Source: an uncultured Acidimicrobiia bacterium (GTDB lineage: Bacteria > Actinomycetota > Acidimicrobiia > IMCC26256 > JAENVU01). From it: a DNA stretch of 64,000 bases. Every line of letters begins with the position of its first letter. The first letter of the stretch is position 1. The DNA lies in assembly GCA_963701625.1 (NCBI GenBank), contig CAVPAT010000013.1, positions 611,215 to 675,214 of the forward strand, read 5' to 3'. The notes below the pieces were generated by a model that was given only the letters and a program-made list of their open reading frames with translations, had not been told where the DNA came from and searched no databases. This document shows positions 30,343 through 41,806 of the stretch, one piece after another. Position numbers and translations under genes: made by a program.

Positions 30343-31338
30343 ATGGAACTTCGGCAATTCGGCATGACGGGTATGCGAGTCACCGAGATGTGTCTCGGGG
30401 CGATGACCTTCGGGCGGGAAACGCCTGAGGACGAGAGCCGCCAGATCCTCGACCGCTATCTCGACGCGGGCGGCAACTTCATCGACACCGCGAACGTTTA
30501 CAACCGGGGCGCCTCCGAAGAGATCCTCGGGCGCGCGCTCGGTGCGCGACGAGACGACATCGTGCTCGCCACGAAGTGTCGGATGCCGATGGGCGGCGGA
30601 CCCAACGACGGTGGCGCTTCCCGGCGCGTGATCAGAGACCAGGTCGAGGCCTCGCTCCGGCGGCTCCAGACCGACTGGATCGACCTGTACCAGATCCACT
30701 GCTGGGATGCGTATACGCCGCTGGCCGAGACGCTCTCCACGCTCAACGACCTGGTCCACGAAGGAAAGGTCCGGTACCTCGGCGCGAGCAACTACACGGG
30801 CTGGCAACTCGCGACCGCGCTCGGTGTCTCACGTGAGCATGGGTGGGAGCCCTACGTCTCGCTCCAACCCCAGTATTCGCTCGTGACCCGCGACATCGAG
30901 CGTGAGCTGCTGCCCTTGGCCGAATACGCCGGCCTGGCGGTGCTCCCTTGGAGTCCGCTCGGGGGCGGGCTGCTCTCGGGGAAGTACCGGCCCGGCGAGG
31001 CCCCACCCGCCGAGACCCGGGGCGCAGACAGCACGCCATCGTCGGTCCTGATGCGGCTCCGACTGGACCGGGAGCGGAACTTCACCGTCGCCCAGGCCGT
31101 CCACGACCTCGCGGCCGACCTGGGCAAGACGATGGCCCAGGTCGCGCTCAACTGGGTGCTCCACCGTCCCGGCGTCACCGCACCGATCCTCGGGGCGCGA
31201 ACAGTGGAGCAGATCGAGGACAACCTCGGCGCGATCGGCTGGCAGTTGGACGCCGACGCGCTGGCCCGCCTCGAGGACGCCAGCGCGATCGAGGCCGGCT
31301 ACCCGTACGACTTCATCGACTGGATCCACGCACGCTGA
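30343..31338 (+). CDS. aldo/keto reductase (tandem paralog)
   Basis: Starts [24 protein letters not shown] at ATG 30343. Same motif set ([29 protein letters not shown]). Confidence 0.9.
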   Translation: MELRQFGMTGMRVTEMCLGAMTFGRETPEDESRQILDRYLDAGGNFIDTANVYNRGASEEILGRALGARRDDIVLATKCRMPMGGGPNDGGASRRVIRDQVEASLRRLQTDWIDLYQIHCWDAYTPLAETLSTLNDLVHEGKVRYLGASNYTGWQLATALGVSREHGWEPYVSLQPQYSLVTRDIERELLPLAEYAGLAVLPWSPLGGGLLSGKYRPGEAPPAETRGADSTPSSVLMRLRLDRERNFTVAQAVHDLAADLGKTMAQVALNWVLHRPGVTAPILGARTVEQIEDNLGAIGWQLDADALARLEDASAIEAGYPYDFIDWIHAR

Positions 31339-31453
31339 ACGAGGACGACCTCAGGCCGTTCCGGCGCGCGTTCGACGCGCTCTGGCGTGCAGGACGTGTG
31401 CGAGAACGCGACTCGGGGGTGAGCCGCCGTTCGCGTCGGTCGGACGGCGTCGA

Positions 31454-32392
31454 TCAGACGGCGAGGAGGTCCCGGGCGCCGGTGTCGGCGGACGGGTGGC
31501 GCAGCTTGCTCATCGCGCGAGCCTCGATCTGGCGGATCCGCTCACGGGTGAGGTTGAAGTACTCGCCCACCTCTTCGAGCGTCCGTGGCTCGCCCCGATC
31601 AAGACCGAACCGCAGAGCCAGGATCTGGCGCTCACGCTCGTCCAGCGGGGACAGCAGCTTCTCGATTTCCGCCGGCAGCAGCGCCGTGGCCGCGACCTCG
31701 AACGGCGACTCGGCCGAGCGGTCCTCGACGATGTCGCCGAGTTCGGCGTCGCCGTCCTCACGGAGCGGCTCGGAGAGCGAGAGGGGCTCGGCCGCGAAGC
31801 GCAACGCCTCGGTGACCTTGTCCTCGGGCATCTCGACCTCGTGGGACAACTCGGCGAGCGTGGCCGGACGACCCAGCTTGAGCTCGAGGCGCGAACGCGC
31901 CTTCTGGAGGCGGGCCAGCGTGTCTCCTGCGTGCACCGGCAGCCGGATCGTCCGGCCGGTGTTGGCGATACCGCGGGTGATGGCTTGGCGAATCCACCAG
32001 GTGGCGTAGGTCGAGAACTTGAAGCCCTTACGCCAGTCGAACTTCTCGACGGCGTGCATGAGGCCGAGGTTTCCCTCCTGGATCAGGTCCAGCAACGGCA
32101 GACCGGAGGCCTGGTACTTCTTGGCAATCGAGACGACGAGCCGCAGGTTGGACTGCACGAACGTGCGCTCGGCGTCGTCGCCGATGCGGATGTTCTTACG
32201 AATCTCCCGCTTCTTGGCCGCGGTCAGCGCCTTGCCCCCGGCTTCCTGCTCCTCACGCGCCGCCTTGCCCAGCTCGATCTCCTGAGCCAGGCGTACCTCG
32301 TCGTCCTTGGTGAGCAGCGGGTACTGTCCGATATCGGTCAGATACAGCCGAACCAGGTCTTCTTCGTCCCGCTCAACGCGTTCCTTCGCCAA
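31454..32392 (-). CDS. RNA polymerase sigma-70 family factor (group 1/2, SigB-like length)
   Basis: 312 aa. Region 1.2 YLTDIGQYPLLT. Region 2 DLIQEGNLGLMHAVEKFDWRKGFKFSTYATWWIRQAI. Region 4 TLEEVGEYFNLTRERIRQIEARAMSKLR. Confidence 0.9.
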   Translation of the reverse strand: MAKERVERDEEDLVRLYLTDIGQYPLLTKDDEVRLAQEIELGKAAREEQEAGGKALTAAKKREIRKNIRIGDDAERTFVQSNLRLVVSIAKKYQASGLPLLDLIQEGNLGLMHAVEKFDWRKGFKFSTYATWWIRQAITRGIANTGRTIRLPVHAGDTLARLQKARSRLELKLGRPATLAELSHEVEMPEDKVTEALRFAAEPLSLSEPLREDGDAELGDIVEDRSAESPFEVAATALLPAEIEKLLSPLDERERQILALRFGLDRGEPRTLEEVGEYFNLTRERIRQIEARAMSKLRHPSADTGARDLLAV

Positions 32393-32511
32393 GAAAATCG
32401 GTCTCCAAAATCGGCAGGTTGGTGCAACAAACGGACAACGCCGGCTCGGCTCCGAGGGTTCCCCGCTCGGCCGAGTGCGTCCCTATACGATACCGGCTCC
32501 GTCAAGGATGT

Positions 32512-32535
32512 TTTTCCACAATTCCTTGTGGAAAA
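32512..32535. promoter_or_regulatory. AT-rich perfect palindrome, candidate operator in a divergent promoter region
   Basis: TTTTCCACAA-TTCC-TTGTGGAAAA (10+4+10). It lies 22 nt upstream of the ABM gene GTG and 120 nt upstream of the sigma-factor start. It stands out against the GC-rich background. Confidence 0.4.
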
Positions 32536-32557
32536 CTTCGAACGGCCGGGAGGGCAC

Positions 32558-32875
32558 GTGACGGAAGTCGAGATCACCGTAGTCGCGGGAATCTTCCAGG
32601 CTCGCAGCGAGCAGGAATCCGACCTCGCAGCCATCCTTGCCCGCTACGTCGTGTTGACCCGCGCCGAGACCGGGTGTCGCAACGTGGACCTCGTCGCATC
32701 GACGTCGCAACCGGGGCGTTTCTTGGTGATCGAGAAATGGGATGACGCCGAGGCCCAGCGCGATCACCTCAATAGCGACGTGATGGTCACGATGGCGACC
32801 GCCGCATCCGAGGTGCTCGCGGGCCCGCCGGACCTCGACCTCTACGCAGTGGTCTCGGCGCACGACCTCGAGTAG
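32558..32875 (+). CDS. antibiotic-biosynthesis-monooxygenase (ABM) domain protein
   Basis: GTG start after GGGAGGG. 105 aa with FLVIEKWDDAEAQRDHLNSD, typical of the ABM/DUF ferredoxin-like fold. Confidence 0.65.
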   Translation: MTEVEITVVAGIFQARSEQESDLAAILARYVVLTRAETGCRNVDLVASTSQPGRFLVIEKWDDAEAQRDHLNSDVMVTMATAASEVLAGPPDLDLYAVVSAHDLE

Positions 32876-32892
32876 CGCAGCAGGGTGGCCCC

Positions 32893-33513
32893 TCAGTTCG
32901 CGGCGGGCTGGCGCAGCGAATCACGCCGAAAGGACTTCTTGCGCTCGGGCCGGGTGTCGGCCTCGGCCAACATTTCGGCCAGCGCAGCCAGCTCGTCCCA
33001 CGTCAGCGTCGCGCCGCCCCAAAGCCGGTCGAACTCGGCGTCGGCGAGATCATTGAAGCCGCAGTACAGCCGGAACACGTAGCGTCGCCGCGGCTCGCGG
33101 ACCGGGAGACCTCGCGCCACACACCGCGCCTCGGCGTACGCGTCCCACAGGCCTCGTTGCCGGTCGGTGAGTTCGTCATCGGCCGGCGCGGTCTCGAAGC
33201 CGCCACTGAGCCGATCTATCGCCCGGAACAATGCCGCCCCGAGTTCGACGCGGGTGTTCTCCACCGACAACCCCGTCTGGCGCTGCGGACTCTCGAAGCA
33301 GCCGCCGGTAAACCACAGTTGGGCGGCGCCGTCGACGATCTCAACCATCGAGGCCGTCAGCGGATGTGGGAGCACCTCGTCGACTTCGACCGTGAGGTCC
33401 ACTGCCGACGGGAATCCCACCTCGGTCATCGTCTGGTCGATGAGCGCGCGCACTTCCGCCGCATCGAACTTGACCAGCGTGAATTCGGCCGGGACGAGCG
33501 TGACGTCGCCCAC
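32893..33513 (-). CDS. hypothetical protein (third gene of the ferritin-like operon)
   Basis: 206-aa ORF. The GTG start shares its G with the TAG stop of the upstream gene. I recognise no motifs. Confidence 0.6.
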   Translation of the reverse strand: MGDVTLVPAEFTLVKFDAAEVRALIDQTMTEVGFPSAVDLTVEVDEVLPHPLTASMVEIVDGAAQLWFTGGCFESPQRQTGLSVENTRVELGAALFRAIDRLSGGFETAPADDELTDRQRGLWDAYAEARCVARGLPVREPRRRYVFRLYCGFNDLADAEFDRLWGGATLTWDELAALAEMLAEADTRPERKKSFRRDSLRQPAAN

Positions 33514-34325
33514 TAGCTGTTGGCGGCGGCGACCATGGCCTCCGCGTCGCGCTTCGCCTGCGCGGCGAGCTCGGCGATCTCATCGATCTCGTCGGTCGAG
33601 AAGCCGGCCATCTCGCGGAAGTTGCGCGCCAGCTGGATCGGGTTCTCTTCGGTTTCGCCGCGGAAACCGCCGAGACTGAAGAGCTTGTCCACCGTCCGCT
33701 GGAACTCGAGGGCCCGCTCGCGTCGCTCGGGATCATCGTCGGTGAGCCGCCGGAGCCAGTCCGAGCCCATCTTCACGTGGGTCACCTCGTCCGCGAGCAT
33801 CCAGTCCTCGCAGAACTCGAGCACCGGGTCGCCCGAACTGTCGCCGAACTCCTTCATGGTGTTGAAGACATCGATCGCGAGGCCTTCGAGCGCGCGGTTC
33901 ACACCACAGAGCCGCAGGATCGGGTCCGGCGCGCAGGCCGCCTCGTAGAGGAAGACGGCCTCGGAGTACTCGCCGATCTCGGTGCCCATCCAGTCGCCGA
34001 GCTTCACGGAGATCTCGACGTGGCGGGCTTCGTCCCAGCACTGTCGGGCCATGTCCAGCTTCAGCGCGAACGGCGCTTCGGTCTCGTCGAAGTCGAACGT
34101 CGTGCGACCGGCGCCCTCGAGCGCCTGGATCTCACCGGTGAAGATCCCGTGCATCAGGTTGCGGGCCCGGTCCCCAGCAGCCGGGCGCTGCGGGTCGAGC
34201 CGGGCGGAACCCAGGTCCCGCTCGCCGATCCGCTGATTCCGCGGGTCCGTGACCTGATCCATGATCGAGGTGCGGACGAAACGGGAGTCCCGCGCCAGCA
34301 TGTCGGGGGGCAGTTGCTTCCTCAT
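33513..34325 (-). CDS. ferritin-like di-iron-carboxylate protein (DUF455-like)
   Basis: 270 aa with the four-helix motif order E (GEIQALEG) ... ExxH (DEARH) ... E (RALEGLAID) ... ExxH (DEVTH). ATGA overlap with the upstream gene. Confidence 0.6.
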   Translation of the reverse strand: MRKQLPPDMLARDSRFVRTSIMDQVTDPRNQRIGERDLGSARLDPQRPAAGDRARNLMHGIFTGEIQALEGAGRTTFDFDETEAPFALKLDMARQCWDEARHVEISVKLGDWMGTEIGEYSEAVFLYEAACAPDPILRLCGVNRALEGLAIDVFNTMKEFGDSSGDPVLEFCEDWMLADEVTHVKMGSDWLRRLTDDDPERRERALEFQRTVDKLFSLGGFRGETEENPIQLARNFREMAGFSTDEIDEIAELAAQAKRDAEAMVAAANS

Positions 34326-34978
34326 ACCGAGGCTCCTTCGGTTGTTGCGTCGGTGCCCAGGCTACCCGGGCCCGCGATCCCTCCCGCCGCCACGACGAGC
34401 GCTTCCAGCTCAGCCTGACGTCGGATTGCCCTGTCGAGTTCTTCGGGCGTCTCGATCATCGACTGGAGCATCATTTCGCCCTCGCGCCAGTCCTCGAACT
34501 CGTCCTGGAGCATGAAGTTCAGTGAGCGCTGCGTCGGCGTGTCGGTGATCCGGCTCGTGGCGTTGAGGTGGTACGTGTACGCCGTGATCTTGTGGGGAAT
34601 CAGGACTCGGTAGACCCCGACGAGCTTCTCGATCGTGTGCTCGGGCGCTTCGGGCTCGCGGAGGGCCTCGACGAAGGCCTCCATCTCGGGATTCGCCGCG
34701 TTGCACAGGCGCTCGGTGTTCATTTCCCGCAGTTCCGGCAGCCGCTTGTCCATCAGCTCCGCGTGCCAGGCGTGGTGGTAGCACTGCCGGCCGAGCATGA
34801 GCTTCACGTCGAGCTCGGGCACGGTGGCGACCCAACCTCCGAGCGCCTCGAACAGGCGCATCTCGAGCCACTTGTAGGTGCCGACCCGCCGGGCGGATTC
34901 CTCCACCGTGAACAGGCCCGGAAGCTCCCGCCGGTCCCAGGGTGCGAATGCCGCACGCGGCTTGAACGGGTCGGACAT
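34322..34978 (-). CDS. hypothetical helical protein (first gene of the ferritin-like operon)
   Basis: 218-aa ORF. Helix-rich, with His/Glu clusters (LEMRLFEALGGW, YHHAWHAELM, QDEFEDWREGE). No canonical ExxH pair. Confidence 0.55.
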   Translation of the reverse strand: MSDPFKPRAAFAPWDRRELPGLFTVEESARRVGTYKWLEMRLFEALGGWVATVPELDVKLMLGRQCYHHAWHAELMDKRLPELREMNTERLCNAANPEMEAFVEALREPEAPEHTIEKLVGVYRVLIPHKITAYTYHLNATSRITDTPTQRSLNFMLQDEFEDWREGEMMLQSMIETPEELDRAIRRQAELEALVVAAGGIAGPGSLGTDATTEGASV

Positions 34979-35082
34979 GCGACAACTCCGCGTCAGTGAG
35001 AGGAAAGGAACAGAACGTTGGCATTCTTCGCCGCTGATACGAGCGGGGTCAACTACGGGTGACGCGGGTCACGTTGGGGACG

Positions 35083-36792
35083 TCAGCCGAACCAACGATT
35101 GGTGATGGGCAAACGTCGGTCCTTGCCGAACGCCTTCGGCGAGACCCGCACCCCTGGGGGCGCCTGCCGACGTTTGTACTCGGCCCGATCCACGAGCCGC
35201 GCCACGCGCTCCACCGTCTCGCGGTCGAAACCCGCGGCGACGAGATCCGCGACGGAACGATCCTCCTCGACGTAGTCCTCGAGGATCTGGTCGAGCACTT
35301 CGTAGGGCGGCAGTGAATCGTCGTCGCGTTGGTCCGGTCGCAACTCCGCGCTCGGGGGCTTCTCGATCACCGCGCGGGGCACGACCTCGCGCCCGGCCCG
35401 GCGGTTGACGTCCTCACAGAGCGCATAGACGAGCATCTTGGGAACGTCCTTGATGACCGCGAAACCTCCGGCCATATCGCCGTAGAGCGTCGAGTAGCCC
35501 GTGGCCATCTCGCTCTTGTTCCCGGTCGTGAGCACCAGCCATCCGAACTTGTTCGACATCGTCATGATGAGCGTGCCCCGAACCCGTGCCTGGAGGTTCT
35601 CCTCCGCGAGTCCAGGCTCGGTGCCGGCGAAGGTCTCGGCCAGCATCTCGGCGAACGCGGTGTGCGCGGGCTCGATCGGAATCGTGATGGCCCGAATCCC
35701 GAGGCTCGCGGCGAGCGCCTCGGAATCGGTCACGCTCCCCTCGCTCGAATAGCGCGACGGCATGAGGACGCCGACGACCTTGTCCGGGCCGAGCGCCTCC
35801 GCCGCGATCGCGGCAACGAGCGACGAGTCGATACCGCCCGACAACCCGAGCACGACCTCGGTGAACCCGTTCTTCCGCACGTAGTCCCGGGTGCCGGCGA
35901 CCAACGCGTGGAAGACCTCGGGTACCGGGTCGAGTAGCGGTTCGAGGCGGTTCGGGCGCCCGGGCAGACCGAGGTGGCTCTCGCTGATCTCGACCTCGGC
36001 AAGGGGGGCCCGGTGCGTTCGCCCCGCCTCGGGCTTGCGGTGGTGCGCCCGACGGACATCGAGGTCGACGACGAGCAGGTCTTCGTCGAACTGCACGGCG
36101 CGCGCCAACACCGTGCCGTCAGCATCCAGCACCATCGAGGCGCCGTCGAAGACGAGTTCGTCCTGGCCGCCGACGAGGTTCACGTACACGATCGGAGCCT
36201 GCGCCTCCCGGGCGCGCGCCGCGAGCATCTCTTCGCGCTCTCGGACCCGTCCGGCGAAATACGGCGACGCGTTGATGTTGACGACAACCTCGGCGCCACC
36301 CTCGGCCTGGGTCACCACCGGTCCGCGTTCGCTCCAGGCGTCCTCGCACACCGTCACCGCCACCTTGAGCCCGCCGATGACGAACAACGGTCCGTCGTCG
36401 GTGACCGGCTCGAAGTACCGCTCCTCGTCGAAGACGGCGTAGTTCGGCAGGAGATGCTTCCGGTAGACGCCTTGAACGACACCGTGGGCGCAGACGGCAG
36501 CCGCGTTGGCGAGGGTCCCGTCCGGGCGCACCTCGGGGAATCCGACGATCGCGGCGGTCGTCGCGCTGTGGGCCGCGATCTTCTCGAGTGACTCGTTCGC
36601 CGCAGCAACGAATGCCGGACGGAGCAGGAGGTCCTCGGGCGGGTAGCCCGTGACGGCCAGTTCGGGGAACGCCACCAGGTCGGCGTCGACCCGGGCCGCG
36701 CGCTCGTAGGCCTCGATGATCCGGACCTCGTTCCCGGCGATGTCGCCAACGACGAGATTCAGCTGGGCGCAGACCACCCGAAGTCGCGGCAT
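35083..36792 (-). CDS. nadE: glutamine-dependent NAD+ synthetase
   Basis: 569 aa. N-terminal nitrilase/CN-hydrolase domain (RVVCAQLNLVVGD...CEDAW) and a C-terminal synthetase domain with the SGGIDSS P-loop. Confidence 0.92.
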   Translation of the reverse strand: MPRLRVVCAQLNLVVGDIAGNEVRIIEAYERAARVDADLVAFPELAVTGYPPEDLLLRPAFVAAANESLEKIAAHSATTAAIVGFPEVRPDGTLANAAAVCAHGVVQGVYRKHLLPNYAVFDEERYFEPVTDDGPLFVIGGLKVAVTVCEDAWSERGPVVTQAEGGAEVVVNINASPYFAGRVREREEMLAARAREAQAPIVYVNLVGGQDELVFDGASMVLDADGTVLARAVQFDEDLLVVDLDVRRAHHRKPEAGRTHRAPLAEVEISESHLGLPGRPNRLEPLLDPVPEVFHALVAGTRDYVRKNGFTEVVLGLSGGIDSSLVAAIAAEALGPDKVVGVLMPSRYSSEGSVTDSEALAASLGIRAITIPIEPAHTAFAEMLAETFAGTEPGLAEENLQARVRGTLIMTMSNKFGWLVLTTGNKSEMATGYSTLYGDMAGGFAVIKDVPKMLVYALCEDVNRRAGREVVPRAVIEKPPSAELRPDQRDDDSLPPYEVLDQILEDYVEEDRSVADLVAAGFDRETVERVARLVDRAEYKRRQAPPGVRVSPKAFGKDRRLPITNRWFG

Positions 36793-36801
36793 CGCAGCAG
36801 A

Positions 36802-38124
36802 TTACGGTCCCGCGCGACGACGGCCAGCAGCCAACACCGTGTACGCGAGGACTCCGAGGATGCACAGACCGACGCCGAGCGCCAGCGCACTGGGGCTCAG
36901 GGTCGGCATGACCATCAGGACGGCCAGCAGTGCCAGGACCGGGAGGACCGGCGTCCGCCCCAACGAGCCCGGCGTCCGGAACGGTCTCGGCTGCTCTGGT
37001 GACCGGTACCGCAGGAGGATCACCGCCACATTGACTGCGACGAACACGACGTAGACCGCAAAGTCCGTCACGCTTGCCACGAGCGTCAGATCACGGATCA
37101 GCACGAACGCCGCCGCGACCACGACCCCCAGAACGATCGCCGACGACGGCGCTCGACTGCGCCGACCCAGGCGCCCGAGTGAACTCGGCAATACCCCTGC
37201 GGTCGCCATTCCGTACTGCAGGCGCGACGCGGCGGTCACGCACAACAGCGTGGTGTTCGTGGTGGCGATCAGCGCGATCACCGCGACCACCGACGCGCCG
37301 CGATCACCGAGCGCATGGGCGAGGACGTCCGCCAGTGGGCGTTCGGATGCGCCGAGTGCCGGGGCACCGATCACGCTCACTGCGGCCACCGCGACGCCGA
37401 GGTACAGCACCGTGGAGATCGCGAGCGAAAGGAGCAGTGCCCGCGGCACCGTCCGGGTCGGATCCCGTGTCTCCTCCGAAAGCGTGATCACCTCGTCGAA
37501 TCCGATGAAGGCGAAGAAGACGAGAGCCCCGGCAGCGAGCACCCCACCCGCACCGGTCCCTCCACCATCCAGCAGATCCACATCACCGATGTGGGGCACA
37601 CCGATGGTGATGACGTAGACCAGCCCGCCGACCTGAATCAGGCTGAGCAGGAGCGTCACCCGCGCGGTACGCCGGATCCCTGACAACGCGAGCGTGGCGA
37701 CGAACCCGAGCAACGTCAGCGCTCCGACCCACTCCGGGATATCGACGAACCAACGCGCGTACCGACCGAAGCCGAGGGCGACCGCCGCGGCCGCGACCAC
37801 CAGTCCGGCGATCATGACCCACCCCACGAGGAACGCGACCCATGGCGGATAGACGTGTCTCGCATACTCGAACTCTGCGCCGGCCTTCGGGAACATCGAG
37901 GCAAGTTCGGCGTAGCTCAGGCCCGTCAACGCACTCAGCACCGCTGCGAGCAGGAAGGCCATCCAGACCCGCGGTCCGGCCAACTCCGTCGCGGAGCCGA
38001 TCAGGACGTACACGCCGGCGCCGATGATGATCCCCACACCGCTCGCAGTCACCTGCGACAGACCAAGTGCCCGGTCGAGGCGATCCGGTTCGGCCGTGAG
38101 GTTCACCGAGCCGTCCTCGTCCAC
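36802..38124 (-). CDS. APC family amino-acid permease
   Basis: 440-aa, roughly 12-TM ORF with GAGVYVLIG and FIGFDEVITLSEETRDP motifs. It is 9 nt upstream of nadE. Confidence 0.85.
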   Translation of the reverse strand: MDEDGSVNLTAEPDRLDRALGLSQVTASGVGIIIGAGVYVLIGSATELAGPRVWMAFLLAAVLSALTGLSYAELASMFPKAGAEFEYARHVYPPWVAFLVGWVMIAGLVVAAAAVALGFGRYARWFVDIPEWVGALTLLGFVATLALSGIRRTARVTLLLSLIQVGGLVYVITIGVPHIGDVDLLDGGGTGAGGVLAAGALVFFAFIGFDEVITLSEETRDPTRTVPRALLLSLAISTVLYLGVAVAAVSVIGAPALGASERPLADVLAHALGDRGASVVAVIALIATTNTTLLCVTAASRLQYGMATAGVLPSSLGRLGRRSRAPSSAIVLGVVVAAAFVLIRDLTLVASVTDFAVYVVFVAVNVAVILLRYRSPEQPRPFRTPGSLGRTPVLPVLALLAVLMVMPTLSPSALALGVGLCILGVLAYTVLAAGRRRAGP

Positions 38125-38238
38125 CGGTGAGATCCTAGGGACCCGACGCGATCGGCACGATCGACGGTCCGCGCCGTACCCTCTGCGGACGCACCGGAGG
38201 CGACGGGCCCCGGCAGCACGCGGAGTGAGGAGTGCCCC

Positions 38239-39435
38239 ATGGGCCGCAAGGTGTTCGTAATCGGCGTCGGGATGACCAAGTTCGAAAAGCCCGGCGGCAA
38301 GGACTGGGACTACCCGGATATGGCCAGAGAAGCGGGCACCAACGCGTTGACCGACGCCGGCATCGGCTACGACGAGATCGAACAGGTCGCGGTCGGGTAT
38401 TGCTACGGCGATTCCACCGCGGGCCAGCGGGCGTTGTACGAGATCGGCGTGAGTGGCGTACCCGTCGTGAACGTGAACAACAACTGCGCGACCGGTTCCT
38501 CCGCGCTCTATCTCGCGAAGCGTTTCATCGAAGGTGGCCTCGCCGACTGCACGCTGGCGCTCGGGTTCGAGAAGATGGAGAAGGGTTCACTCGGCATCAA
38601 GTACATGGACCGGGCGATCCCGATGCAGTGGACGTTCGAAGCGATGCAGGAGAAGCGTGGCTTCACCGCCGCGCCGCCGGCCCCGCAGATGTTCGGCAAC
38701 GCCGGGCGCGAGTACATGGAGCGCTATGGCGTAAAGGCGGAGAGCTTCGCCCGCATCGCGGAGAAGAACCACCGGCACTCGGCGAACAACCCGTACTCGC
38801 AGTTCCGTGACATCTACACCTTGGAGGAAATCCTCGCGTCCCCCATGGTCCACGAACCACTCACGAAGCTCCAGTGCTGCCCGACGTCGGACGGCTCCGC
38901 CGCGGCGATCCTCGCGTCCGAAGAGTTCGTCCGCTCCCACGGTCTCGAAGACCAGGCCGTGGAGATCGTCGGCATGTCCATGAAGACCGACTTCCCGTCC
39001 AGCTTCGAATCCGGCAGCGACATGAAGTTCGTCGGCTTCGACATGTCCCGGGTTGCCGCCCAAGAGGTCTACGAGCAGTCGGGCTACGGCCCCGAGGAGG
39101 TCGACGTGATCGAACTCCACGACTGCTTCTCGGCCAACGAGATGGTGACGTATGAAGCACTCGGCCTCTGCGCCGAAGGTGGGGCGGGCGACCTGATCGA
39201 TTCGGGCGCGGTGACCTACGGCGGTGACTGGGTCGTGAACCCGTCGGGCGGACTGATCTCCAAGGGCCACCCGCTCGGCGCCACCGGCCTCGCCCAGTGC
39301 TCCGAACTCACCTGGCAGCTCCGCGGGACCGCGGACGCCCGCCAGGTCGACGGCGCGCAGCTTGCGCTGCAGCACAACCTCGGCCTCGGCGGCGCCTGCG
39401 TGGTGTCGATGTACAAGAAAGCCGAACTGGTCTGA
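38239..39435 (+). CDS. SCP2-type thiolase / lipid-transfer protein
   Basis: 398 aa. [11 protein letters not shown], active-site [11 protein letters not shown], and C-terminal [17 protein letters not shown]. Confidence 0.88.
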   Translation: MGRKVFVIGVGMTKFEKPGGKDWDYPDMAREAGTNALTDAGIGYDEIEQVAVGYCYGDSTAGQRALYEIGVSGVPVVNVNNNCATGSSALYLAKRFIEGGLADCTLALGFEKMEKGSLGIKYMDRAIPMQWTFEAMQEKRGFTAAPPAPQMFGNAGREYMERYGVKAESFARIAEKNHRHSANNPYSQFRDIYTLEEILASPMVHEPLTKLQCCPTSDGSAAAILASEEFVRSHGLEDQAVEIVGMSMKTDFPSSFESGSDMKFVGFDMSRVAAQEVYEQSGYGPEEVDVIELHDCFSANEMVTYEALGLCAEGGAGDLIDSGAVTYGGDWVVNPSGGLISKGHPLGATGLAQCSELTWQLRGTADARQVDGAQLALQHNLGLGGACVVSMYKKAELV

Positions 39436-39481
39436 ACCCGCCGGCCAGCTCGTCTGCGATCTCGAATGCGAACCAGTTCGA

Positions 39482-40264
39482 CTACTTGCAGGTGGCAATG
39501 CCGCCGTCGACGGGGATGACCGCGCCGGTCACGTAGGTCGACGCGGGGCCGGCGAGGTAGACGGCGATCCCGGCCATGTCGGCCGGCTTGCCGATGCGCT
39601 TCATCGGTGCAGACGCGGCGATCGCGTCGCCGAACGCGTCCAGCGTCGCCGCCATCATCTTGGACTCGAACGGACCCGGCGCAATCGCGTTGACCGTGAT
39701 CTTCGGCGCGAGTTGGCTCGCGAGGTGACGGGTCAGCTGGTGGACCCCCGCCTTCGCGGTCGAATACGAGTAGGTCTCCATCGCGGGCACCTGGATTCCG
39801 TCGATCGACCCGACGTTGATCACCCGGGCAGGATCTCCATCGGTCGCGGACGCGTCGAGGAGCGGGCGCAGGAAACGCGTCAGGTGGAACGGCCCCTTCA
39901 CGTTGAGGTCCAGCACCCGGTCCCAGGCCGCGTCGTCGTGATCCGCGAGCGGCGCGCCCCACGTGGCGCCCGCGTTGTTGATCAGGACGTGCAGGCGGTC
40001 CTCGCGGGAAACGATCTCGTCGGCCAGCCGCCGGCACTCGGCTTCGGTCGAGAGGTCCGCGGGGAGGCCGATGCACTCGCCGTGCTCACTGAGACGTGTC
40101 GCGACCTCGGCGCACACCTCGGCCTTGCGCGACGACACATAGACCTTGACCCCGGCCCGGACGTAGGCCTCGGCGATCATCAGGCCGATCCCCCGCGTCC
40201 CGCCGGTGATCAGCGCGGTCTTGCCACGGATCGCGAACAGTTCGTCCAGCACGTCGTCGGTCAC
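39482..40264 (-). CDS. SDR family oxidoreductase
   Basis: GTG start at 40264 after [19 protein letters not shown] cofactor motif, NNAG, and the YSTAK catalytic motif. Confidence 0.88.
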   Translation of the reverse strand: MTDDVLDELFAIRGKTALITGGTRGIGLMIAEAYVRAGVKVYVSSRKAEVCAEVATRLSEHGECIGLPADLSTEAECRRLADEIVSREDRLHVLINNAGATWGAPLADHDDAAWDRVLDLNVKGPFHLTRFLRPLLDASATDGDPARVINVGSIDGIQVPAMETYSYSTAKAGVHQLTRHLASQLAPKITVNAIAPGPFESKMMAATLDAFGDAIAASAPMKRIGKPADMAGIAVYLAGPASTYVTGAVIPVDGGIATCK

Positions 40265-40353
40265 GGGTTCCTCCTCGGATGAGACCCGGAAGGTACCCGG
40301 GACGCCACCAAGGCCGACGACTCGACTCCGATGCGGCGCCGAGAAGCCGCTGG

Positions 40354-41805
<1,452 letters not shown>

Positions 41806-41806
<1 letters not shown>

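Noticed and set aside
31361-31385. A short hairpin (GCGCG-TTCGA-CGCGC with imperfect extensions) between the convergent AKR and sigma genes, considered as a terminator
   Set aside because: Only 5 perfect base pairs and no U-tract; too weak to call.
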